From Occultella glacieicola (GTDB taxonomy: Bacteria; Actinomycetota; Actinomycetes; Actinomycetales; Beutenbergiaceae), in assembly GCF_004353825.1 (NCBI RefSeq), contig NZ_SMNA01000011.1, positions 1-64,000 of the forward strand: a DNA stretch of 64,000 bases, read 5' to 3'. The notes beneath the pieces were generated by a model. It saw nothing but the letters and a program-made list of their open reading frames with translations. It was not told the DNA's origin and did no database searches. Of this stretch, positions 11,463 to 21,063 are shown in pieces. Within the stretch, counting starts at the first letter, position 1; each line of letters begins with the position of its first letter. The translations under genes were made by a program, and so were the position numbers.

Positions 11463-12920
11463 TCAGGCCCAGCGCCAGTTGTGGGGACGGTGACGGGGTT
11501 GGTAGTGCCCCTGGGGTAGGTCGTCCGCGGCGCGCAGCAGCCACTGGACGAGCCGGCGGTGCAGGTCGGCACGGATCTCGCCGTACGCGGGGTCGTCGCT
11601 GAGATCGTGGGTCTCGGCGGGGTCGTTGACGAGGTCGAACAGGGCGTCCGCGCCCGTGTCGTCGACGACGAGTTTGAAGTCGCCGGCGACCAGCATCCGC
11701 ATCTCGCCGCTCATCGTGACGCTGTTCAGCTCGTCGAAGGTGGGCCCGTCGTAGGGGAAGTGCAGGGGGGGCCGGTCCGCCTCGGTGTAGGAGACACCGC
11801 CGTAGCCGGACTCACCGAGGATGCTGCCGAACTCGCCCCCCGGGGCCGGGGCGCCACGCAGCAGCGGGGCCAGAGAACGGCCCTGCACGCCGGCCGGGAT
11901 GGGCTCGTCGAGCCACTCGGCGATCGTCGGGAGCAGGTCGACCATCGAGACGAGCTCGTCCCGGCGCTGCGGCACGATCCCCGGTCCGCGGATGGCCAGT
12001 GGAATACGCATCAGTGCGTCCGACATCCCGGCACCCTTGCGCTGCAGTCCGTAGTCACCGAGGAAGTCGCCGTGGTCGGCCAGGAACACGAACAGGGTGT
12101 TCTCGCACACGTCGCCGAGGTGGTCCAGCAGCCGCCCGATCTGGTCGTCGATCAGGCGCAGCATGCCGAGGTAGTTCGCTCGGTAGCGCCGCCAGTGCGC
12201 GTCGTAGCCCGGCCGCTTGTCCTCGATCAGCCTGCGCAGCCAGCGGTAGCGCCAGTCGAGGGAGTCCAGGACCTCGGGGCCGACGGCCCGCTCCGGCACC
12301 TCGGCCTCGGCGAACATGCTGAAGTACGGCTCGGGAACCTGGTAGGGGTTATGGGGCTCCGGGAAGGACAACCAGAGGAGGAAGGGCTGCTCGACGGCGG
12401 TGCGTGCGAGCGCGTCGACGGCTCCGTCGACGATCCGGTACGGGAGCTGGGCCCGGACCCCGAACGGGGTCGGCACGGCGGACACGCCGTGGTCCAGCTC
12501 GCGCAACCACGCGTCGAAGGCGACGTGGACCGGATCGGTGCCCGGTCCGCCGTCGTGCAGGTACGGCCCGTTGAAGGTGTCGAAGTCGGCCGGGCCCCGA
12601 TGCATGTGCGGCTTGCCGCTGAAGTGCAGCGAGTAGCCGGCGCCGCGGAGCAGGTCGAGCAGATCGGTGGCGTAGCGCGCGAACTCCGCGGTGCTGTTCT
12701 GACGTACGCCGTGGGCGCTCGGGAACCTGCCGGTGAGCAGACTGGTGCGGGCCGGCACGCACACCGGGCTGGAGGTGTACGCGCGCGGGAACCGGGCGCC
12801 ACCGGCGAGCAACCGGTCCAGCCGCGGCATCGTGTCCGGGCCGCCCTCGCCCGCCGTGAAGCCGGCGCGCTGCTGGTCGGTCATCAGCAGCACGATGTTC
12901 GGCCGGTTGCTGGAGGTCAT
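11463..12920 (-). CDS. Formylglycine-dependent sulfatase (Cys type)
   Basis: RPNIVLLMTDQQ, CVPARTSLLTGR (CxPxR), GKPH, ADHGD, FDLVNDPAE. Confidence 0.92.
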   Translation of the reverse strand: MTSSNRPNIVLLMTDQQRAGFTAGEGGPDTMPRLDRLLAGGARFPRAYTSSPVCVPARTSLLTGRFPSAHGVRQNSTAEFARYATDLLDLLRGAGYSLHFSGKPHMHRGPADFDTFNGPYLHDGGPGTDPVHVAFDAWLRELDHGVSAVPTPFGVRAQLPYRIVDGAVDALARTAVEQPFLLWLSFPEPHNPYQVPEPYFSMFAEAEVPERAVGPEVLDSLDWRYRWLRRLIEDKRPGYDAHWRRYRANYLGMLRLIDDQIGRLLDHLGDVCENTLFVFLADHGDFLGDYGLQRKGAGMSDALMRIPLAIRGPGIVPQRRDELVSMVDLLPTIAEWLDEPIPAGVQGRSLAPLLRGAPAPGGEFGSILGESGYGGVSYTEADRPPLHFPYDGPTFDELNSVTMSGEMRMLVAGDFKLVVDDTGADALFDLVNDPAETHDLSDDPAYGEIRADLHRRLVQWLLRAADDLPQGHYQPRHRPHNWRWA

Positions 12921-12956
12921 GGGGTCGGAGGTTCCTCTCGCGGGGGTGGAAAGGAA

Positions 12957-13016
12957 TCTACAGCGCTGTAGAACGGGAAGTCCAGAGGCTCGGGAGGGCA
13001 ATCTCTAGCGCTGTAC
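12957..13016. promoter_or_regulatory. LacI-type operator(s) for the sulfatase unit
   Basis: Perfect 16-bp palindrome TCTACAGCGCTGTAGA (12957-12972) and a weaker copy CTAGCGCTGTAC (13005-13016). Confidence 0.75.
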
Positions 13017-13040
13017 CGATACCCGCCGACGGCCGAGCGC

Positions 13041-13069
13041 GGTCGGGCCGACGAAATGCCGGCCCGACC
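13041..13069 (-). terminator. Hairpin downstream of the FMN reductase gene
   Basis: GGTCGGGCCG-N9-CGGCCCGACC perfect 10-bp stem. Confidence 0.6.
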
Positions 13070-13083
13070 CGCCGCGCGCGGAC

Positions 13084-13659
13084 TCAGGCTCCGGCGTGGG
13101 TCCGCGCCGTCGCGAGGGCGAGCCGCAGCGCCTCGTCACCGGCGCGGCCGATCCGCTCGGCCAGGGCCGGCGTGGCGGTTCCGGCCACCCCGAAGTCGTC
13201 CGTGGAGGCGTACACCGCCGTCGGGGCGATCAGCGCGCCGAAGTAGGCGAACAGCGGTCGCAGGGCCTGATCGATCGCGAGCTGGTGCCGTGAGGATCCG
13301 CCGGTGGCGCCGAGCAGCACACTCTTGCCCCGCATCGCGACCGGGTCCACGAGGTCAAGGAAGGCCTTGAAGATGCCCGCGTACGAGCCCCGGAACACCG
13401 GGCTCGCCGCGATCAGCAGATCCGCACCCTCGACGGCGCGCAGGGCCTCGTCCAGCGCGGGGCTGGGCAGACCGAGCACGGTCGCGTTCGCGACGTCGAC
13501 CGCATGCTCGCGCGCCTCGACGGTGCGCAGATCGACCTCGACGCCTGCGGTCGTCGCGGCCTCGGCGACGGCGGCGAGCAGGTCGTCGGTCAGGGTCCGG
13601 GTGGTCGAGGGGAAGCCGACGCCGCCGGTGAGGGCGACGATCTTCAGGGTCCGGCTCAT
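13084..13659 (-). CDS. NAD(P)H-dependent FMN reductase (CE1759-like)
   Basis: IAASPVFRGSYAGIFKAFLD, LGATGGSSRH, LRPLFAYF; in an operon with an LLM. Confidence 0.88.
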   Translation of the reverse strand: MSRTLKIVALTGGVGFPSTTRTLTDDLLAAVAEAATTAGVEVDLRTVEAREHAVDVANATVLGLPSPALDEALRAVEGADLLIAASPVFRGSYAGIFKAFLDLVDPVAMRGKSVLLGATGGSSRHQLAIDQALRPLFAYFGALIAPTAVYASTDDFGVAGTATPALAERIGRAGDEALRLALATARTHAGA

Positions 13660-14144
13660 GAGGATCGGAGCTCCGTTCGGGTACGAGTCGTGGGGGTGGT
13701 GGTGGGGGCGTCGGACACGGCGGCCCGCAGCCGCTCGCAGATGCGGGTCAGGGCGGCCTGGTCGTCGTCGTCGAGCCCGGCGTCGACGAGCGCCGCGATG
13801 TGACGCACGTGCCGCCGTCCGATCTGCTTCTGCAGCAGCGCCCCCGCGTCGGTGAGGACGACGACCACGCCGCGACCGTCGTCGTCGGCCTCCCGCCGGG
13901 CGACCAGCCCGGCACCGGCGAGCCGGTCGACCATCCGCGACAGACTCGGTTGCGAGATCAGCAACCGGGCGTTCAGGTCGCGAAGGCGAGCGGCGCCGTC
14001 GGGCATCCGGGAGAGGTTGAACAGCACGTCGTACTCGCGTGAGCTGAGCGGCTCGAAGTCCTTCGCAGCCTCGAACCGCTGCATCAGCGTGACCTGCGTG
14101 CGGAACAGCGACTCCCACGCCGTCGCGGCGGTCCGGGTGGTCAT
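13656..14144 (-). CDS. MarR-family regulator
   Basis: EYDVLFNL, ISQPSLSRMVDRLAGAGLVAR, DDGRGVVVVLTDAG winged HTH; 4-bp overlaps on both sides. Confidence 0.9.
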   Translation of the reverse strand: MTTRTAATAWESLFRTQVTLMQRFEAAKDFEPLSSREYDVLFNLSRMPDGAARLRDLNARLLISQPSLSRMVDRLAGAGLVARREADDDGRGVVVVLTDAGALLQKQIGRRHVRHIAALVDAGLDDDDQAALTRICERLRAAVSDAPTTTPTTRTRTELRSS

Positions 14145-15286
14145 GACGCGGTGCGGCCGGTGACGGTGTCCTTGACGACCTCGCCCTGGGTGACGTCGGT
14201 GAGGTCGACCTCAGCACCCCTGGCCGCGACCAGCGCCGCGTGCGTGGGGCCGTCCGGCACGTGCGCCGGCCGGTTCTTCGCGAACTCGGCGCGCAGCGCC
14301 GGAACCACCTCGCCGCCGAGCAGGTCGAGTTGCTCGAGCACGGTCTTCAGCGGCAGGCCGGCGTGGTCCATCAGGAACAGTTGGCGCTGGTAGTCACCGA
14401 AGGACTCGCGGAACTCGAGGGTCTTGTCGATGACCTCCTGCGGGCTGCCGACGGTCAGCGGGGTGGCATCGGTGAACTCCTCCAGCGAGGGGCCGCCGCC
14501 GTAGACCGGCGCGTTGTCGAAGTACGGCCGGAACTCGCGCACGGCGTCCTGGGAGTTCTTGCGCATGAACACCTGCCCGCCGAGGCCGACGATCGCCTGG
14601 TCGGCACTGCCGTGCCCGTAGTGCTCGAAGCGCTGGCGGTACAGGCCGATCAGCTGCTTGAAGTGCTCCTTGGGCCAGAAGATGTTGTTCGCGAAGAAGC
14701 CGTCGCCGTAGAACGCGGCGAGCTCGGCCACCTGCGGGGAACGGATCGAGCCGTGCCACACGAACGGGGCGACGCCGTCGAGCGGGCGCGGGGTGGACGT
14801 GAAGCCCTGCAGCGGGGTGCGGAACCGGCCCTCCCAGTCCACCACCTCCTCGTCCCACAGCTGGCGCAGGAGCTGGTAGTTCTCCACGGTCAGCGGGATC
14901 GCCTGGCGGATGTCCTTGCCGAACCAGGGGTAGACCGGGCCGGTGTTGCCGCGGCCGAGCATCAGGTCCGCGCGACCGTCGGAGACGTGCTGGAGCATCG
15001 CGAAGTCCTCGGCGATCTTCACCGGGTCGTTCGTCGTGATCAGGGTCGTCGAGGTGGACAGGATGATCTTCGACGTCTGCGCGGCGAGGTAGCCGAGCAT
15101 CGTGGTCGGCGAGGAGGGGACGAACGGCGGGTTGTGGTGCTCCCCGGTGGCGAACACGTCCAGGCCGACGTCCTCGGCGTGCTTGGCGATCGTCAGGATC
15201 GCCTTGATCCGTTCGCCCTCGGTGGGGGTCTGGCCGGTGGTCGGGTCGGTGGTGACGTCCCCGACGGTGAAGATCCCGAACTGCAT
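14141..15286 (-). CDS. Luciferase-like (LLM class) flavin-dependent monooxygenase (CE1758-like)
   Basis: MQFGIFTVGD, ATGEHH, DPVKIAEDFA, GRADLMLGRG; GAGGAGG RBS. Confidence 0.92.
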   Translation of the reverse strand: MQFGIFTVGDVTTDPTTGQTPTEGERIKAILTIAKHAEDVGLDVFATGEHHNPPFVPSSPTTMLGYLAAQTSKIILSTSTTLITTNDPVKIAEDFAMLQHVSDGRADLMLGRGNTGPVYPWFGKDIRQAIPLTVENYQLLRQLWDEEVVDWEGRFRTPLQGFTSTPRPLDGVAPFVWHGSIRSPQVAELAAFYGDGFFANNIFWPKEHFKQLIGLYRQRFEHYGHGSADQAIVGLGGQVFMRKNSQDAVREFRPYFDNAPVYGGGPSLEEFTDATPLTVGSPQEVIDKTLEFRESFGDYQRQLFLMDHAGLPLKTVLEQLDLLGGEVVPALRAEFAKNRPAHVPDGPTHAALVAARGAEVDLTDVTQGEVVKDTVTGRTAS

Positions 15287-15305
15287 CTGAACTCCTCCTC
15301 GATCT

Positions 15306-15321
15306 TCATGCATTTGCATGA
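15306..15321. promoter_or_regulatory. Palindrome, candidate MarR operator
   Basis: TCATGCA-TT-TGCATGA about 20 bp upstream of the LLM start in an AT-richer patch. Confidence 0.6.
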
Positions 15322-15460
15322 TTCCAAGGGCTTCAACGTACGACGGCGTCAGGTATTCCCGGATGATGGCTCGCCGCTCGAACGCGAGGTTGTTGGCCCC
15401 GATCCGAGGAGACAGGCCAATAAACTTGCGTTCGAGCGCGACCCACAGCCGGACGGTCGG

Positions 15461-17032
15461 TCAGGGGCGGGCGTTCTCGAAGACGTCGGCCACCTCGGCC
15501 AGGGAGCGGATCAACTCGGGCAGCCGGGACCGGCGGGTGGCGTACCCGGCGACCAGGTCCGCGGACACGGGGACCTGAGTGCCGCCGTCGACCCCTCCCT
15601 CACCGCCGGGACCACCGACCGCCTGCAGCGCGGTGGCCAGGTCGGCGGCGCCGTCGAGGGCGTACCAGCCGAGGGCGGCGGCACCGAGGGCGGTGCCGCC
15701 CGCGTCGGAGGCGATCGCGAACGGCCGCCCGATCGTGGCGGCCATGACCTGGCGCCACAGCTGGGCCCGGAACGGCCCGCCGGTGGCCCGCACGGCCCGT
15801 ACCGGCGCGGTCGCGTCCAGCAGGTCGACGATGGTGGCGACCTGCAGGCACACGCCCTCGACCGCGGCCCGCAGGAAGTGGGCCCGGCCGTGATGGTGGC
15901 GCACCCCGAGGAAAGCGCCGGTCAGGTCCGGGTCCCACAGCGGCGCCCGTTCGGAGAGCACGTACGGAAGCATGACGAGTCCGTCCGCGCCGGCCGGGAC
16001 CTGGGTCGCGAGCGCGAGCAGTTCGGTGTCCGCGTGGCCGTGGGTGAGCAGGTCCGGAGTGAACGTCTCCCCCGCCCACCGCAGCGTGATACCGCCGTTG
16101 CTGACGGCCCCGCCGAGCACCCACAGGTCCTCGGTGAGCGCGTAGCAGAACAGCCGGCCGGCGTCGTCGGTGACCGGGCCGTTCACCGCCATCCGGACGG
16201 CCCCGCTGGTGCCGAGGGACAACCCGGCGATGCCCGGCGTGATCGCACCGGTGCCGAGGTTCCCGAGCGGGCCGTCCGCCGCGCCGACCGCCACCGGCAG
16301 GCCCGCGGTCAGGCCGGTGGCATCGGCGACCTCCGCGGCCAGCGGCAGGGTGGCGGTGGTCGGCAGCACCTCCGGCAGCTGGTCGGCGCTGATCCCGGCC
16401 AGGGCCAGCGCCTCCGGGGACCAGGCGCGCGAGTGCACGTCGAACAGCCCGGTGGCCGAGGCGCTGGAGAGTTCGGTGACCAGGTGACCGGTCAGGTGCT
16501 CCAGGACGAGGTCCTTCAGGCCGATCCACCACCGGGCCCGCGCGACCAGGTCCGGCTCGTGCCGGCCGAGCCACCTGAGCTTGACCAGCGGGCTCATCGG
16601 GTGCACCGGGGTGCCGGTCAGCCGGAGCAGCTCCGCGCCACGACCGGCCGCGCGCAGTTCCCGGGCCTGCGGTGCCGAACGGGCGTCGGCCCACGTGATC
16701 AGCGGGGTCAGTGGCACCGAGTCGGCGCCGAGCCCGATCAGCCCGTGCATGGCGGTGGACACAGACACCCCGAGGATCCGCCGACCGTCCAGCGAGGCGA
16801 CGACGTCCGCGAGGGCCGCGTCGATCGCGGCCAGGATGGCGGCCGGGTCCTGCACCTGCCAGCCCGGGTGGGGCTGCTCGAGCCGGTACTCGCGCAGCGC
16901 CTCCGCGGCCGCGGCCCCCACGGCCGTGGCGGACCGGCCCGCCCCGGTCGCGTCGGCCACCTCGAAGGCGGCCACCTTCGCGGCCGTGGTGCCGACGTCG
17001 AGACCGATCAGCACCGGGAGCGGGCCCGCCAT
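15461..17032 (-). CDS. gntK: FGGY-family carbohydrate kinase, probable gluconokinase
   Basis: IGLDVGTTAAK, STAMHGLI, TGTPVHPMSPLVKL, DGPLGNLG, GTSGAVR, LFCYAL, ERAPLW, typical of Bacillus-type GntK. Confidence 0.8.
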   Translation of the reverse strand: MAGPLPVLIGLDVGTTAAKVAAFEVADATGAGRSATAVGAAAAEALREYRLEQPHPGWQVQDPAAILAAIDAALADVVASLDGRRILGVSVSTAMHGLIGLGADSVPLTPLITWADARSAPQARELRAAGRGAELLRLTGTPVHPMSPLVKLRWLGRHEPDLVARARWWIGLKDLVLEHLTGHLVTELSSASATGLFDVHSRAWSPEALALAGISADQLPEVLPTTATLPLAAEVADATGLTAGLPVAVGAADGPLGNLGTGAITPGIAGLSLGTSGAVRMAVNGPVTDDAGRLFCYALTEDLWVLGGAVSNGGITLRWAGETFTPDLLTHGHADTELLALATQVPAGADGLVMLPYVLSERAPLWDPDLTGAFLGVRHHHGRAHFLRAAVEGVCLQVATIVDLLDATAPVRAVRATGGPFRAQLWRQVMAATIGRPFAIASDAGGTALGAAALGWYALDGAADLATALQAVGGPGGEGGVDGGTQVPVSADLVAGYATRRSRLPELIRSLAEVADVFENARP

Positions 17033-17039
17033 CGCCGAG

Positions 17040-18422
17040 CTACTCCTGGATCGTCGCGGCCTGCGCCACGACGGCCGCGACCAGGTCGGCGTCCGCGCCC
17101 AGGCCCGCCTGCAGGGTGTTCAGCACCGCCGGCACCACCTCGGCGAGGTCACCGGAGTTCGCGGCGTCCTGCGCCGGACCGGCGCCGGGGTCCTTGACCG
17201 GGGCACCGACACCGCGCAGGTGCAGCACCCACCCGGCCAGGGTGGTCGCGGCGCCGACGGGGACGCGCCCCGCGGCTCGTTCGGCGTTCAGGGTGGGCAG
17301 GGTCCGCACCGGGAGCTTCTGCGAGCCGTCGTTGGCGATCTGGGCGAGCAGGTGGCGTACCCGTTCGTTGCGGTACCGGTCCAGGAGCGCGGCCCGGTAG
17401 GCGCTCACGTCCTCGTCCGGTAGGCCGAGGTTGGCCTGTGCCTCGTCCCAGAACTGCTCCACCCAGGCCAGGCACCTGGGGTCGGCGATGGCCTGGTCGA
17501 TGGTCGTGTGGCCGCGGACGCTGCCCACGTAGGCGAGCTGGGAGTGCGACCCGTTGAGCAGCCAGAGCTTGCGCCGTTCGTGCGGGGCCACGTCGTCGAC
17601 GATCTTCACGCCGGCGTCCTCCCAGCGGGGCCGGCCGGCCGGGAACGTGCCCGAGACGACCCACTCGCTGAACGGCTCGGTCGGCACCGGGGAGGCGTCG
17701 TCGTAGCCGCGCTCGGCCGCCACGTGCTCCCGGTCCTCGGGGGTGGTGGCCGGGGTGATCCGGTCCACCATCGAGGTGGCGAAATCGACGTTGGCCGTGG
17801 TCCAGTCCACCAGGGACTCGTCCACGAGCGCGGCGAGCTCGGTGACCAGGGTGCGGGTCACCGCGCCGTTCTCCGGCAGGTTGTCGCAGGACAGGATCGT
17901 CAGCGCACCGGCGCCGGCGGCCCGGCGGGCGAGCAGCCCGGCGACCAGCTTCGCCGGCATCGTGGTGACGGAGGAGCGCGGGTCCTCGCGCAGCGCCTCG
18001 ACGTCTGCGAGCACCTCCGGACGCCGGGCGTCGAGGTGGTCGCCGTCGCCGCGCACGTACCCGTGCTCGGTCACGGTCATCGTCACGATGGCCAGCGCCG
18101 GGTCGGCCAGGTAGCCGAGGTAGGCGTCCTGCTCCGACGCGGCATGCACGGCCGACAGGGACCCGATCAGCTCGTAGTCGTCACCCTCCCGGCCGCGCAC
18201 GATCAGCGTGTACAGCCCGTCCTGCGGGCCCAGTGCCTCCGCCTGGTCCGGGCGGCGGCCGGTGAAGGCCGCGATCCCCCACTCGCCGGCGTCCGGGGCG
18301 TGGTGGGTGTACCAGGCCTGGTGCGCGCGGTGGAAGTTGCCCACGCCGAGGTGCACGATCCGCACCGGCGCGGCGGCCGGGGCGTCGGGTAGGGACCGGG
18401 ACAGACGAGGGGTCGCACTCAC
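17040..18422 (-). CDS. Mannitol dehydrogenase family, probable fructuronate reductase (UxuB-like)
   Basis: IVHLGVGNFHRAHQA, SCDNLPENG, SMVDRITP, TEPFSEWVV, KLWLLNGSHS; overlaps uxaC. Confidence 0.85.
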   Translation of the reverse strand: MSATPRLSRSLPDAPAAAPVRIVHLGVGNFHRAHQAWYTHHAPDAGEWGIAAFTGRRPDQAEALGPQDGLYTLIVRGREGDDYELIGSLSAVHAASEQDAYLGYLADPALAIVTMTVTEHGYVRGDGDHLDARRPEVLADVEALREDPRSSVTTMPAKLVAGLLARRAAGAGALTILSCDNLPENGAVTRTLVTELAALVDESLVDWTTANVDFATSMVDRITPATTPEDREHVAAERGYDDASPVPTEPFSEWVVSGTFPAGRPRWEDAGVKIVDDVAPHERRKLWLLNGSHSQLAYVGSVRGHTTIDQAIADPRCLAWVEQFWDEAQANLGLPDEDVSAYRAALLDRYRNERVRHLLAQIANDGSQKLPVRTLPTLNAERAAGRVPVGAATTLAGWVLHLRGVGAPVKDPGAGPAQDAANSGDLAEVVPAVLNTLQAGLGADADLVAAVVAQAATIQE

Positions 18423-19837
18423 AGCTTGAACACCTTTCGCGGGTTGTTCGCCACCAGGTCGGTGATGGCCTCGAACGCCTCATCCTCGGGGAGCCGGTGC
18501 TCGGTGACCAACTTGGCGATGTACCCGGCGTCCAGGCGGCGGCTCATGTCGTGCCGGGCCGGGATCGAGCAGAACGCGCGGGTGTCGTCGATGAAGCCGG
18601 ACGTGCGGGAGAACCCAGCGGTCTCGGTCACCGCGGACCGGAACCGCTGGATGGCCTCCGGGGCATCGATGAACCACCACGGCACGCCCACGTACACCGA
18701 CGGGTAGAACCCGGCCAGCGGCGCGAGCTCACGCGAATAGACGGTCTCGTCGATGGTGAACAGCACCAGGTGCAGGTTCGGGTGCGTGCCGTAGGCGTTC
18801 AGCAGCGGCCGCAGGGCATCGGTGTACTCGACCGCGATCGGGATGTCGCAGCCGACGTCGGCGCCGTAGGTCTGATGAGTGGGTGTGTGGTGGTTGCGGC
18901 GCACGCCCGGGTGGATGGTCATGACCAGGCCGTCGTCGCAGGACATCCGGGCCATCTCCGAGAGCATGTGCCGACGGAACGCGGTGGTCTCCTCGGCCGT
19001 GGCCGACCCGGCGCGGGCGGCGGCGAAGATCCGGCTCGCCTCCGCCTCGGAGAGGATGTCGGTGCGGGCGTCGATGACGCCGTGGTCCGCGGAGACGGCG
19101 CCGTGGTCGACGAAGTACCGACGGCGGTTCTCGAGCGCGCCGATGTAGCCGGCGTAGTCGCCGGTGCCGACCCCGGAGACCTCGCCGAGACGGTCCACGT
19201 CGGCGGTCCAGGTGGCCAGCGCGGGGTCCAGGTACTTGTCGGGGCGGAACGTCGGGACCACGCGGCGCGTGAACGAGGCGTCCTGGGCGAGCGCCTCGTG
19301 CGCGGACAGGTCGTCGCACGGATCGTCGGTGGTGGCCATCACCGCGATGTCGAAGGCGTCCATCAGGGCGCGCGGGCGGAACTGCGGGGTCGCGATCTTC
19401 GCGGCGATCTGGTCGTAGATCGCGTCTGCGGTCTCCGCGCTCGGGCGCTGCGTGACCCCGAAGATCAGGCCAAGCTCGTCCTCGAGCCAGTACCGGACCG
19501 GGGTGCCCCGGTAGGCGGACCAGTTCGAGCACAGGATCCGGAACGCGGCGCGGGCGTCGTCCTCCGAGAGCGGGCCGCGGCCGACGCCGAGGTCCGCGAG
19601 CGAGGCCCCGTGCGCGTGCAGCATCCGGTTCACGTAGTGGTCCGGGGTGATCAGCAGCGAGGTCGGGTCCCGGAACGGGATGTCCTCGGCGATCCACTGC
19701 GGCGGCACGTGACCGTGCGGGGAGATGATCGGCAGCTCCTTGACGGAGTCGTAGAGCCGGCGTGCGACGGACCGCTGGGAGGGGTCCGCGGGGAGCAGGC
19801 GATCGGGGTGGACGTCAAGGGCTGCGGTGGCTGACAT
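18419..19837 (-). CDS. uxaC: Glucuronate isomerase
   Basis: PIISPHGH, PDHYVNRML, TTDDPCDDL, PTFRPD, WWFIDA, GFIDDTRAFCSIPARHD. Confidence 0.95.
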   Translation of the reverse strand: MSATAALDVHPDRLLPADPSQRSVARRLYDSVKELPIISPHGHVPPQWIAEDIPFRDPTSLLITPDHYVNRMLHAHGASLADLGVGRGPLSEDDARAAFRILCSNWSAYRGTPVRYWLEDELGLIFGVTQRPSAETADAIYDQIAAKIATPQFRPRALMDAFDIAVMATTDDPCDDLSAHEALAQDASFTRRVVPTFRPDKYLDPALATWTADVDRLGEVSGVGTGDYAGYIGALENRRRYFVDHGAVSADHGVIDARTDILSEAEASRIFAAARAGSATAEETTAFRRHMLSEMARMSCDDGLVMTIHPGVRRNHHTPTHQTYGADVGCDIPIAVEYTDALRPLLNAYGTHPNLHLVLFTIDETVYSRELAPLAGFYPSVYVGVPWWFIDAPEAIQRFRSAVTETAGFSRTSGFIDDTRAFCSIPARHDMSRRLDAGYIAKLVTEHRLPEDEAFEAITDLVANNPRKVFKL

Positions 19838-19869
19838 GGTCCTCATCCTCTCGGACCGACCGCCACGGT

Positions 19870-19895
19870 TGGCAACCCGTTGCCAGGTGTTGCCA
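19870..19895. promoter_or_regulatory. Operator upstream of uxaC
   Basis: TGGCAACCCGTTGCCA near-palindrome plus a second GTTGCCA 10 bp further on. Confidence 0.75.
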
Positions 19896-19912
19896 CGTCG
19901 GACCGTGGTCGG

Positions 19913-20920
19913 TCACGCTTCGATGGCGCTGGTGGACTCGCGCACCACGAGCTTGGTGGGCAGCACCACGGCCTCGGTGGAGCGGGACTGGGCCCCGCGC
20001 GAGATCGCGAGCACGTTGCGCGCCGCGGTCACCCCGAGGGAGTGCAGCGGCGAGGCGACCGTGGTCAGCGCGGGGGTCACGATCTCGGAGAGGTTCGAGT
20101 TGTCGAACCCGACCACGCTCACGTCCCGCGGCACCTGACCCCCCATGGCCCGCACCCCGCGCATGAATCCGATCGCCATCTGGTCGTTGTAGGCGACCAC
20201 CGCGCTCGTGCGCTGGCGGGCCCACTCGGCGGCCGCCGCGACACCGCCGTTGACGGTCGGCGGGTACGGGCCGACGCGACGGACCCGCAGCTCGAGCTCC
20301 ATGCCGGCCTCCCGCAGGCCCCGCCAGCGCATCCCGTCCGCCCAGGACGCCTCCGGGCCGGCCAGGTAGCAGACCTGCTCGTGTCCGAGTTCGCCGAGAT
20401 GCTCGGCCGCCCGCCGCATCCCGCGCAGATTGTCCGTGACCACGCTGGGGACCCCGGTGACCACGCGGTTCAGCACGATCACCGGCTTGACCTTCGCGAT
20501 CTGACGGATCGCCGAGTCCGACATCCGCGAGCTCGTCAGGACGATCCCGTCCACCGTGGACAGGGCCCGCTCCAGGACCGCCCGCTCCCGCTCCGCGGAC
20601 TCCTGCGTCTCGGCCAGCAGCATCGTGTAGCCGGCCTCGTAGGCGGCAAGCTCGGCACCCCGGACCACCTCGAAGAACACCGGGTTCGTCACGTCCGCGA
20701 GGATCACCGCGATCATGGACGTGCGGGTGGTGGACAGGGCGCGCGCCTGCGGGTTCGCCCGGTACCCGAGTTCGGCGGCGACCGCGCGGATCCGCTCGGC
20801 GGTCTCGGCGTTCACCCGCCCGGGCCTGGAGAAGGCCCGCGAGACGGTCGACGGCGCGACCCCGGCGGCCTTCGCGACGTCGTAGATCGTGGTGGATCGG
20901 CCTCCCGGCGGCGCTGCCAC
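19913..20920 (-). CDS. LacI-family regulator of the hexuronate cluster
   Basis: TIYDVAKAAGVAPSTVSRAF HTH, YRANPQARAL, VVGFDN; TAGACT -10 box 6 nt before the GTG (leaderless). Confidence 0.92.
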   Translation of the reverse strand: MAAPPGGRSTTIYDVAKAAGVAPSTVSRAFSRPGRVNAETAERIRAVAAELGYRANPQARALSTTRTSMIAVILADVTNPVFFEVVRGAELAAYEAGYTMLLAETQESAERERAVLERALSTVDGIVLTSSRMSDSAIRQIAKVKPVIVLNRVVTGVPSVVTDNLRGMRRAAEHLGELGHEQVCYLAGPEASWADGMRWRGLREAGMELELRVRRVGPYPPTVNGGVAAAAEWARQRTSAVVAYNDQMAIGFMRGVRAMGGQVPRDVSVVGFDNSNLSEIVTPALTTVASPLHSLGVTAARNVLAISRGAQSRSTEAVVLPTKLVVRESTSAIEA

Positions 20921-20941
20921 GCGGCGAGTCTAGGAGGAACT

Positions 20942-20965
20942 GCAACAAGTGGCAACCGCTTGCCG
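20942..20965. promoter_or_regulatory. Operator in the divergent lacI/isomerase promoter
   Basis: TGGCAACCGCTTGCCG (20950-20965) with an extra GCAAC 10 bp upstream. Confidence 0.7.
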
Positions 20966-21063
20966 TCCGGGTGGGTCGCTGACTGAATGGAGGAACCGGA
21001 CGCTGGCGCGCCCCGACGTCGACGTCCCGACCGAACCGCCACCCGAACCAGGAGCGATGACCC

